Source of the DNA: Fistulifera solaris
Taxonomy: Eukaryota
DNA length: 64,000 nt
Reading direction: 5' to 3'
NCBI GenBank assembly: GCA_030295235.1
Contig: AP026162.1
Span: 868,001-932,000 of the forward strand
Shown: piece after piece, positions 27,501 through 38,816 of the stretch
Position numbering within the stretch: the first letter of the stretch is position 1
How the letters are laid out: each line of letters starts with the position of its first letter
Made by a program: the position numbers and the translations under genes
The notes under the pieces: model-generated
What the model was told of the DNA's origin: nothing
The model's input: the letters and a program-made list of their open reading frames with translations, nothing else
The model's database searches: none

Positions 27501-30500
27501 CGCTTGTTGAAAGCGTTCTAGACTGGCTTCGATCAAACAATCCTGACTTATATGATATCGATGAGCCCACGATTGCCGTTATTTGCAACTTGCCAAACGG
27601 TGACGTCCATCAACCAAAGATTCCTGAATTGAGTGATGACCAGGTCGTTGATAGCGTCTTGGACTGGCTTCGAAATAACACACCTGGCGATGAGAAAGTT
27701 GATGATCCGACTGTTAACGCCTTGGCTAATTTATCCGGTATCCCGGTACCGCGCGGAACAATTCCGCTCGATCAATCTCGCCCCATAGTCGACGAGGCAC
27801 TGGACTGGGTACGACGAAATGAACCGAAGTGCGATGATCTAAGCGAACCCGATTTGCGCGCCTTGTGTAACTTGGCAGGATGTCCTCTTCCGCGCGGACG
27901 CGTCGCTTATCCTGAGAAAGATAAGGCTTTCAACGATGTTATAGACTGGCTCAGAATCAACAAACCCGATCCAAATGAAGTCGACGACCCAACCACAGTG
28001 GCACTAGCCAACTTAATGGGTGTCCCTTTGCCACGGCGATCTATCCCGGATGACAAAAAGAAGTTTGTCGTCGAGGAGTCACTTGACTGGGTTCGTCATA
28101 ATGAACCTACTGTCGACTATTTGAAGGTACCGGACTTGCGTGCTCTGGCGAACTTGGCATCAGTCCCGCTCCCTCAAGGAAAACTTTCACCTGAAGTAAA
28201 AGAGAGTGCACTTGACGAAATTGTTGATTGGTTACGTACGAACGATCCCAGCCCGCTTGATTTGGATGATCCGACCATCCATGCACTTTCAACGCTCTCT
28301 GGTGTCCCTCTTCCGAGGGGTAACATGCCATTGGAAAAGAAACGTGCTGTTGTTGAACACAGCCTTGATTGGTGCCGTATCAATAAACCGGAACCAGAAG
28401 AAGTTTCAGAACCTAACGTTCGAACCCTTTCGAATTTGGCAGGAATCAATCTCAACCCCGGCCGACTGCAGCCCGATGAAAAATCGAAAGCATTAGATGA
28501 CGTGATGGACTGGCTGAGGACTCACAATCCCGAGCCCTCCGACCTTGATGATCCATCTGTAATAGCATTGTCAAACATCTCGGGCGTCCCGCTACCGAAC
28601 GGAGAAATCCCCACGGAAGACAAGAAAGTCATTATCGACGATGCGCTTGAATGGGTTCGTCACAACGAACCAACACCAGATGTTCTCAAGGAGCCTGATC
28701 TCAGAGCTCTTTCAAACCTTGCTGGGTTTCCTCTCCCGCGAGGCAGGCTCAGACCATCTGAAAATACTGACGCATTTGAGAACATCGTTGAATGGCTCCG
28801 CCAGAATAACCCGGATCCGAACAATGTTGACGATCCCACGACCCAGGCGCTCGCAAACTTGTCAGGTTTGCCGATGCCCAGAGGGATCCGTTCCATTCCT
28901 ATTGAAAAGAAGCGTCCTGTGATAAAGGAAGTTATGGACTGGATTCGTAACAATGAAGTTGCGCCTGAAGACGTTGATGAACCCACACTGAGAGAGCTGT
29001 CGATTTTAGCGGGATCGCCGTTACCAAATGGAAGGCCGACCCCAAAAGAGAAAGAAGAGTCTCTTGATAATGTGATGGAATGGTTGAGACGAAACGAGCC
29101 CAAACCCGATGATGTTGACGATCCTACAACACAAGCTCTATGCAACCTGTCCGGACTCCCGCTACCATGTGTGGACCTTCCCCTTCCGAGCAAAAGAGCT
29201 GTGGTAGAGGACACAGTCGATTGGATCAGGCATAATCGCCCTCAGCCTGAAACCGTTTCAGAGCCCGACTTGCGTGCCCTCGCAAATCTCAGCGGGGTCC
29301 CACTTCCCAATCGAAAGCTTTCCCCTCAAGAGAAAGCGGAAACCCTAGATGAAGTCATGGATTGGTTACGGCATAACAAGCCGGACCCTAAAGATCTTGA
29401 CTCACCATCAACAATAGCGTTGTCGAATATTGCCGGAGTGCCGATCCCTCGTGGTTCCATTCCACGTGAAGAAAAACAACCTGTCGTCGAACAAGCCTTG
29501 GACTGGCTCCGCACGCGCGAACCGAGTCTGGAAGATTTTGACGAGCCTACGTTACGAGCTCTCGCGAATATGGCCGGTGTACCGCTCAGTCCCGGAACAC
29601 CATCTCAGTCCGATAAAGAACAAGCTGTCGCTGATGTCATGGACTGGATCCGCTCCAAAGACCCTCACCCGGATGATTTAGACGACCCAGTTGTGCATGC
29701 ACTTGCAAATATTGTGGGTTTGCCTGTCCCACGCGGTGAGATCCCTGTTGACCAAAAGAAACCTGTAATTGATGACGCCATCGACTGGTTGAGGCATAAC
29801 ACACCAACGCCAGAAGATATTGATGAGCCGACGCTTCGACAACTATCGAACTTGGCAGGAAAACCCTTGCGACGTGGACATCTTTCGTCTCCGGATAAGC
29901 AGAATGCATTAGAAGATATAATTGATTGGTTGAGGGAAAATAAGCCGAAGCCCGAGTACGTCGATGATCCAACTACGATAGCACTGGCCAACATTTCAGG
30001 CGTGCCTTTACCTAAGGGTTCGCTACCAATGAATGAACGAAAACCAATCATTGATAGTACCATGGAATGGATTCGTAAAAATGAACCGGCCCCCGAAAAC
30101 CTTGACGAGCCGTCCTTGCGCGCACTTGCTAATCTCACTGGGCACCCTGTTCCTCGTGGTGCAATTTTGCCTCACAAGAAGAAAGATATAGTCGATGATG
30201 TGATTGAATGGTTGCGTTCGCATGATCCCCGCCCAGAAGATCTTGACGATCCGACAATAACGGCGCTGGCTAATCTTGTCGGACTTCCACAACCCTCTTC
30301 TCAACCAGTAAAACAGAAGGGACCAGTGTTAGAAGAGGTCTGTGACTGGCTCCGAAGCAACAAACCCCAAAAGAGAAGCATCGATGAGCCAACTCTCTCT
30401 TCGTTGTGTAATCTAGCTGGGATTCCGCACCCTTCTCGCGGAGTTGGAGAAGTTCCAGTACAGAAAGCGATTGATGATGTCGTAGATTGGCTTCGAGTTC

Positions 30501-33500
30501 ATGAGCCGAGTTTAGAGGACATTGATGAGCCCACTGTTACTACTTTGGCGAATATTGCCGGATTGCCGCTTTCTGGAAATCCAAACCCCACGAAGGAAGA
30601 GGTAATAAAAGATGTCATGGACTGGATCCGTACCAACGAACCGGAACCTGATCATTTAGACGAGCCTACAGTACGTGCTTTAACAAACCTTGCTGGAATT
30701 CCGCTGAAACCAGGTCGTCTATCTCCTTTAGAGAAAAAGGAGGCACTGGATGACGCGTTGGACTGGATTCGAAACAATGAGCCGTCCCCGCAAGACATAG
30801 ACGAGCCTGCAACAGAAGCGTTAGTTAACATCGCGGGACTTCCAATTTCCCGAAGACAAGTTCCTGCTGTAGAGAAAGAATATATCATCGACGAAGCAGT
30901 GGACTGGATTCGCCACAACGAACCTAAGTCCAAGAATGTATCCCAACCTGACTTGGTTGCTCTCACAAATTTAGCTGGTTTGCCAACTCCGACCAATCCA
31001 ACGCCTCTACAGAAAGACAAAGTTGTTGACGACGTCGTTGAGTGGCTGCGACACAATGACCCGAATCCTGGCAATGTGGACGAGCCAACAATGGCGGCAC
31101 TGGCCAATATCGCTGGAATTCCGCTTTCACAGGGAATTGTCACACCGAGTGATAAAAGAAGGCAATCGAAGACGTAATGGACTGGGCAAGACAGAAAGAT
31201 CCAACACCTGGCGACATCGACGAACCATCTACACAGAAGCTTGCCCGTCTCGCTAAGGTTCCTCTCCCTACGAACCCAGTCAAGAAAAAGGCTTTGAACG
31301 ATGTTATGGATTGGTTAAGAACGAATCCCAGTGTTCACGAGATCGACGAACCAACTGCTCGAGTACTGGCGGACCTATCCGGCCAACCTCCTCCGAAGAC
31401 AAAAATGTCTCCAGCCGAAAAGTCTGTATTGCTGGATGACATTGTTGAATGGCTAAGGAATAACGAACCAACCCCCGATTTTTTCGAGGAACCAACTCTT
31501 CACGCTCTAGTGAACATTGCTGATGTGCCTCAACCGTCGAAGGAACTTCCCATAGAAGACAAACACCGTGTCCTTGACGAAGCAATGGAATGGATTCGCA
31601 GCAATGAACCCAAAGCTAAAGACGTGGACGTGCCAACATTGTGTTCTCTTGCAAATCTCGCCGATATACCAATCCCAGAAAAACCGTTAACAGAACCAGA
31701 GAAGAGAACGCTTGTCGAGGACTCGTTAGACTGGCTCCGTTCTAATCGTCCGAATGTTGATCTGGATGAGCCAACCTTGATTACTGTTGCAAATATCGCA
31801 GGCGTTCCGGTTCCGAAATCCTTGACTCCGGAAGACAAGAGTAGTATAGTTGAGGATACAGTAGACTGGCTGCGAAACCACCCCCAGAACCAGACAACGT
31901 AACAGAACTAGAGGCAAAAGCTATTGCCTCCCTTGCTGGCGTTCCTCTCCCAAAAAAGCTTCCGCTGCCACTGAAAGAAAAGATCTTGGATGATGTCGTG
32001 GACTGGCTGAGGAAAAATGAACCAGGAGCGGAAGTGGTCGATCTTCCTACTGTCTCAGCAATAGCAAATCTGACGGGGGTCAATATACCGTCCATTGTAT
32101 CACCCGAGGAAGCGAAGAGGACGGTGGATGATACTTTGGAATGGATTCGCTCTAACGAGCCGAACCCATCAAGTATTGATGAACCTACACTCATTTGTCT
32201 TGCCAACGCAACGGGCACACCGCTTCCAAACATGACGTCTCCCGAAGATAAGCAAAAGTTCATTGATGATTCTCTTGATTGGATTCGACAGAACCCTCCA
32301 ACGCCAGAAGATGTGGACACACCGACGCTTGGTGCACTAACGAACCTAGCTGGAGTTCCGAATCCGGATCGCCCATTGGGATCCCAGGAAAAGAAACAGG
32401 TGATAGACGACGTGGTAGATTGGCTAAGAAGAAATGAACCTAACCCAGATGACGTTGACCAGCCAACCCTTCTTGCGATGACTAATTTGGCAGGGACCCC
32501 GTTTCCTCTGACTGAGCTGGCTCTTGAACCTTCTGAGGAACCATCGTTTGACTGGACCCGACAGAAGGGTCCGAAGTATGGATTGGACAATCCAACTCGT
32601 CCACAAGTGAGCAACCTCCCCATGGTTCCTGTCAATGCGCTACCACTCGACGAAAAAAAGCAAGCAGTTGAAGATGCGCTTGATTGGTTGCGAAACAATG
32701 AGCCTCCACTTGACGATGTTGACGAGCCAACGTTACGAGCATTCACAAACTTAGCTCAAATTCCTTTGCCCACGGAAATGAGCCCAGAAGAGAAAGCCAA
32801 AACGGTGGATGACTTCATGGAGTGGATCCGAAGCAATGAACCAAAACCGGGTGACGTTGATTTACCGACTCTCACTTCATTGGCCAATATTGCTGGTGTT
32901 CCAGTAACTAAAAAGCTATCGCCGGAGGACAAGAAGAAAGTTCTTGACGATTCAATTGATTGGCTACGTAATAATACACTCAATCCCGAAGATCTTGACA
33001 ATCCCTTAATTACTAGCATCGCGAACATGGCAGCTTTGCCGATGCCGGAAAATGTTAATCCCGAAGACAAGATCAAGGCTATGGAGGAAGCTATCGATTG
33101 GATAAGAAACAAAAGTCCCGATGAACTTTTGGAGCCTAGCGGTTTTGTGCCGAATAATTTGAGCGGAGTGGAACTCCCCCCGCCGGATAGGGAGAAAGAT
33201 GTCGAGACAGTCATGGATTGGCTACGAAGCAAAGGTGCTAATATACCCTACGAGGAGCCGGAGCCCTTAACATCCAAAAACATTCCCCCGGTTCCAGTAA
33301 AAAGGCCGGAACAAAAGACCAAGGCAATGGAAGATGCTATTGATTGGCTTCGTAGCAAGAAGCCAGGACATCCGGATGAAGAAATTAGTCCCATACAATT
33401 TCAAAATATACCATCTGTTGATGGAATACCACAGCCGCAGGATACACCCAGCTGGGATTGGAACCGCAATAGCAATCCACCAGGAATCGACGAACCTCGT

Positions 33501-35174
33501 CCTTTAGAGTATCCTAGAGCACCAGGACAAGAAACTCCTCGGCAATCTCAGGCCCAGGATGGAGCTACGCCAGTTCAACTGGAACAAGAGGAGCCTGCTT
33601 GGGACTGGAACCGAAACCGTGAACCTCCAGGGACTGATGAGCCACTTCCCCTACAGTTCCCGAGAGGACCGGGACAGGAGACTCCTCTTCAGTCTCAGGC
33701 CAGGGACGGAGCTACACCAGCTCAACTGGAACAAGGCGAGCCTGGTTGGGACTGGGCTCGTAATCGTGCACCCCCGGGTGTCGACAACCCGAATCCTATG
33801 AACTACAAGAACCTTCCCGGCCCAGACGTAGAGAATCCTGGATTTGACTATGACCTGGAGCCCATTGACAACCCGGACGTTGTTGATGGATCAGCTCCGT
33901 GGGCGTCAGCACCTGACGAAGCGTCCGACGACGGCCGGGGTCCAAAGCCGATGGCCCTTCCAGAAGACATATATAGCGAACCTTCTTCGGAAGAGCAAGA
34001 GGAACCAAAAGGAACTGTGGTCCCCGTACCGATGATGCTTACAGTTGCTATACTGGGATCAATCATTGGTTCGGCGGCGATGTCTGCTGCGCCTCCCGTT
34101 CAGCCTGTTCCACCACCAGGGACAGTTGGCCCGACTAGTCCTGGAACACAAGTACTACCCGATTTACCAGTCGTACCCGACATTCCTTGCATAGAAGACC
34201 CGGCATGTAATTTCATTATGGGTGCAATTGACCCTGTGTACCCTCCAAGTACAAGAGCGCTCATTAATATCCCAGGAACTTGCCAAAACTGGTCAAGAGA
34301 ATGGCTGCGAACCGGCAAAGATATAATGGAATTCCAAGTCGAGCGAATTAGGCAGCGTTTCGCAATGGCTCTTGTGTACTGTGAGTTCAATGGTGACAAT
34401 TGGTTGGAGGGCGAGTTGTGGGTCTCTGAGCTGCATGAATGCGATTGGTATACAATGATCGGTGTAGACCCATGTGGCCGCCGTGAACAGTATCAAATTA
34501 TCAGAAATACAGGCCAGCAGATGCGCGGTACACTTCCGCCTGAGATCGGTATGATATCATCCCTCTGGGAAATTAGTCTCTCTGATAACCTGCTTTCTGG
34601 AACAATCCCGGAAGACTTGAATCGACTAAGTGAATTGGACACTGTGTCTCTGTCATTCAATCTTCTCACGGGTACTATCCCGTCTTTCATGTATGAATTT
34701 TACGACATGACTCACATGGATCTTGCTTACAATTTTTTCGAGGGACAGTTACCTAACAATAAGCTTAGCGTATCTCAGCCAAATCTCCAAGTGCTCTTTC
34801 TGGAGAATAATGACCTGAGTGGGCCTCTGCCGGACGATCTTGGGCAACTTCCGCTGAAGAAACTACACTTGGACGGAAACCAGTTCAGCGGAAAGATTCC
34901 CGAAAACATTCATACACCCGACATGGAAGAGCTCATGCTGCACAACAACCAGCTCACTGGTACCTTCCCAACCAGTGAGTTTGCCGCAGATGCCGCCGCC
35001 GCAGCAGCAAATCCGAAAAAAGTATCCCCACTGAGAGAAGTAAGCCTTCAAAACAACAAGTTGGAGGGCAGCGTCGACGACATGTGCCCTTTAACAACCC
35101 CAAACGTCGGCAGCCTTGCCACCTTCCAAGTCGACCCAACTGTAGACTGCAGCTGTTGCACTACAGGCGTTTAG
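12530..35174 (+). CDS. Giant (~7,500 aa) tandem-repeat single-pass membrane protein with C-terminal leucine-rich-repeat domain
   Basis: Ten consecutive + strand ORFs join by single-base indels, each in a homopolymer (~13310, 13777, 14513, 15200, 17510, 23398, 24665, 31155, 31880). The repeat register continues across every break within the regular array. A hydrophobic segment lies at 34017-34091, followed by an LRR block. Confidence 0.85.
16760..33360 (+). repeat. ~120 tandem ~47-aa protein repeats (consensus approx. KxxALDDALEWLRxNxPxxxDLD[D/E]PTLxALANLAGxPLPxG)
   Basis: W-[LIVM]-[RK] recurs about every 47 aa; 41 copies counted in ORF 17498..23413 alone. Units are diverged at the DNA level. 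Confidence 0.95.
34180..35174 (+). other. Cys-rich cap plus plant-type LRR domain of the giant protein
   Basis: The cap reads QRFAMA..Y..F.G..W....W.S..HEC.W. It is followed by LxxLxLxxNxLSGxIP repeats (LSDNLLSGTIPEDL, LENNDLSGPLPDDL, LDGNQFSGKIP) and a terminal C-S-C-C. Confidence 0.85.
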
Positions 35175-35356
35175 GTCTGTTGCATTCTATATTATTATAT
35201 ATTTCACGAAAAAAAAGAAGAAACGAGATTTGTTGAAAGCAGGAAAGTTACTTCCCAAGCTTTCTTGCAATCACGAAGAAGTACGGTAACCTTCTCGGAC
35301 CAAAGCCTCAAAATGACAAAATAAATCGAAGTTCTTACATTTAGTACATATGTTTT

Positions 35357-36773
35357 CTATTTAAGAGGCTGTAAGGTAGGAATCCTAAATGAACAATAGG
35401 CTCGGGCGTCGACGAATAGCTCTGGCATGGCTTCTTTCAAATGATGGATAGTCTCAATCTGCAGTTCCGCGTGGGGAGACGAGATTGGGTTGCCGCAATC
35501 TCTCCCCTTATTGCCCACCAATACTTTTTTGCCAACCTTCCCGCCTGGCTGCCTCAAGATTTGACAAATTGTCGTCCAACAAGAGACACCGTGATGCGTC
35601 TCTCACACCTGCTATTGCCATGGCTCGTCGAAAGGAATGGGGAGAGTGTTTTGTCTCCAAATCACAGCACTTGCAGTCAATGATGCGCTCTACAGGAAAC
35701 AAGTCATCAATCCCAAGTTGCTGCAAGCAGCGATGCGCATGATGCCAAACACTTGCCGTAAAAATATACTTTGGAATGGTAGGGTCCAGATCAAGAAGCA
35801 TAGATCGCAGTACGTCGTCTCTTGGAAATTCGAGCGGAATGTCGTGCACCGCTTCAAGAAAGCTATCTATTTCACTCTTATCAAGGTATTCTTCTGCAAG
35901 TAATCCTTTAAGACATGTTCCATAGTTTTTGTACAGTTCGTACGCTTTGCCTTCTGGCAAACCAAGTTTTTGCACACAATAGTCGTCAATCTTTTTCGTA
36001 AGTCGATTGGCTGTCTTCCAATCATCAAAATAGAGACAATCATCGCAGTCAAAGAAGATAGCGAGTGGTCTGGGTCGTAGACCGTAATTGTCCAAATTAC
36101 TACTCGAGCATCCGACTAGTAGGCGTCGATCCGCTCGAATATCAAGTTTGCGTTGAAAGTAGAGACGGAGTGCATGACAAGCGTCCGGCATAAAGTCGTC
36201 GGGTGTGTCTTGAATGCGCTGATACAACTCGCGCAAGGACATTCGGTAACAGTCCTCCACTTCGGAGGATTGCAAACGTAGATCGCGCATTTTACCAGTG
36301 AATGTGCACTCGTAAAAGTCGCCCCACACTTTGACTCTATCATCGTGATACGCGAAAGTAAACAAGCGATCGAGTGAATTGTTCTCGTTGATCGAAATGC
36401 CCATTTCTTCATGAATCTCTCGTTCTGCATTTTCGCGATAGCTCTCGTTATGACCAACAACGCCTCCCGGTGTCGGATCGAGCTTTCCGGGACAATAATC
36501 TTTTCTCATCGAACGTTTCTGCACTAACACGAAATCTTCGTCGTGGTATTCTAAATCGGTCGGACGGTGCTTGACCAAGATATATGTAGCTCGATGCCAA
36601 AGATTCTGTTTCCGCATATCCTGACGACGAGCTCCTCCGGAAACGACCTGATTATCGGGTGTGACCAAGCATACGCGTTCTTCCGCGTCGAGTGTTTCGT
36701 GCGATGATAGCTCTCGACGGCTCCAAAAAACCGCCAGTATTGTCGATAGAGAAAAGAGCGTTATATCCAGCAT
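35357..36773 (-). CDS. Nudix hydrolase fused to an SDT1/PHM8-like HAD pyrimidine 5'-nucleotidase
   Basis: Has an exact Nudix box GVVGHNESYRENAEREIHEEMGI, then HAD motifs FFDCDDCLY, IFTAS, K and LLDDN. The C-terminus continues in ORF 35357..35557 after an A-run frameshift. Confidence 0.85.
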
Positions 36774-37168
36774 TGTGATACAGAAATAGAGGTATCAGGT
36801 ACAAAAGCGACCAACACTATTCCTGGCTTCAAAAAGTAAGTGGTCGCGGCAATGACGACTTTTCATCAACGAGTGAATGTGATGAATAATGAGCCCGCGT
36901 CGCAACAACTTCTTGCGTTTTGTTGACTTTGTTAATGTGTTATTGCGCGTTGCGCGCCTTTTCAATTTTCCCTCCAATGTGCACTATCTGATAGAATGTA
37001 AGGGTGACGTATGAGCTCTGACTCAACTGAACTACAGTCCCGGCACTTATGGACCACATTGTTAATGATTAATGATTGAAATCACAGGACACCATTCTGT
37101 AGTTTGACAAATCAATGTCACAAAAGGTTCGGAAGAAATTTGTATAGTGCGGATGAAAAGTGTAGCTT

Positions 37169-38292
37169 CATTTGATAGGAGTCGTTGGTTCGGTAGCAGC
37201 TAGCAGCTTGGCTCGGCAAAAAATAGATTCTGCGTGACTGAATTGCAGTCGTGGCGAAGGTCGTTTACACTTTAGGCCCATAGTAATATAGAGATCGACG
37301 ATCCGCAAAGTCTCTCGACGTCTAGCATCGTGACGGGGACGGCAAATGCTTTGGAATGTATTATTGTCGTGCAAATGACAAATGTAGCCTCATTTAATAG
37401 GAGTTCGAAACGAAGCGTCGGTAGTAATTTGGCTCAGAAGATTTTTTCAACGTGACTGAATTGCAGTCGTGGCGAAAGGTCGTTTACACTTTAGGCCGAT
37501 AGTAAATATAGAGATCGACGATCCGCAAAGTCTTTCGACGTCTAGCATCGTGACGGGGACGGCAAATGCTTTGGAATGTATTATTGTCGTGCAAATGACA
37601 AATGTAGCCTCATTTTAAATAGGAGTTCGAAACGAAGCGTCGGTAGTAATTTGGCTCAGAAGATTTTTTCATCGTGACTGAATTGCAGTCGTGGCGAAAG
37701 GTCGTTACTTTAGGCCCAAAGTAACTAATATAGAGATTGACGATCCGCATAGTCTTTCGACGTCTAGCATCGTGACGGGGACGGCAAATGCTTTGGAATG
37801 TATTATTGTCGTGCAAATGACAAATGTAGCCTCATTTAATAGGAGTTCGAAACGAAGCGTCGGTAGTAATTTGGCTCAGAAGATTTTTTCAACGTGACTG
37901 AATTGCAGTCGTGGCGAAGGTCGTTTACACTTTAGGCCGATAGTAAATATAGAGATGGACGATCCGCAAAGTCTTTCGACGTCTAGCATCGTGACGGGGA
38001 CGGCAAATGCTTTGGAATGTATTATTGTCGTGCAAATGACAAATGTAGCCTCATTTTTAATAAGAGTTCGAAACGAAGCGTCGGTAGTAATTTGGCTCAG
38101 AAGATTTTTTCAACGTGACTGAATTGCAGTCGTGGCGAAGGTCGTTTACACTTTAGGCCCATAGTAAATATAGAGATGGACGATCCGCAAAGTCTTTCGA
38201 CGTCTAGCATCGTGACGGGGACGGCAAATGCTTTGGAATGTATTATTGTCGTGCAAATGACAAATGTAGCCTTATTAAATAGTCGAAACGAA
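37169..38292. repeat. Tandem array of five ~220-bp units
   Basis: Units start at 37169, 37391, 37611, 37833 and 38052. Units 2-5 are nearly identical, and unit 1 is more diverged at its 5' end. Confidence 0.95.
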
Positions 38293-38384
38293 GGTGTGGT
38301 ATGTGGTAGCAGTTTGCCTTGGAAGAATTTTGCTTCGTGACGACTGGTCGAAAAACGGACAACACTGGGTCTACAATACAGGTC

Positions 38385-38690
38385 CAGTTTTTTCTGTGGA
38401 TGCAAAGACACATCACAGCACAATTCCCTTACCTGGTATCATGCTTCAAAATGCTCCACATCCACAGACGTTCTGCTGACGCAGATACATCACGCAGAAT
38501 TTCCGTGTACGTCGATAGGTATCTGGTTCACCCGATAATCTGTGTGGAAGCAAAGACACATCACACAGAATTCCCGTGTGTCTTTATACTTTAGTCCACA
38601 GATTTTCTGTGGACGCAAACTACCTAAGAAAACACAGAATTTCCGTCTGGGAAATGACCGCTCTGGAAGCCACGGTTTTCTGAGCGAACA
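38385..38690. repeat. Short degenerate repeat with a CACAGA-N3-TCTGTG palindrome
   Basis: Recurrent tctgtgga..gcaaagacacatcacacagaatt, and the palindrome tccacagattttctgtgga. Confidence 0.55.
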
Positions 38691-38816
38691 AAAAAAAACC
38701 GCATGATGATGGGGACAGAAATAATAATGGTCCTGAATGCTCTCGGCAACAGTTGTTCATTGTAAATTGTAACAACTAAGCGTATACTTATTGGAGGCAT
38801 TGATTTCTTTAGAGCA

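Noticed and set aside
15254..34690. Numerous minus-strand ORFs inside the giant gene
   Set aside because: They are antisense shadows of the repetitive coding strand.
12530..35174. Programmed frameshifting or pseudogene interpretation of the giant gene
   Set aside because: Breaks go in both directions, all fall in homopolymers, and occur at a density similar to housekeeping genes here. No in-frame nonsense codons interrupt the repeats.
37169..38292. snRNA, 5S rRNA or hammerhead ribozyme array
   Set aside because: There is no CTGANGA/GAAA core and no U1/U2/5S signature. Only isolated short look-alikes (ATTGCAG, ATTTGCAC) are present.
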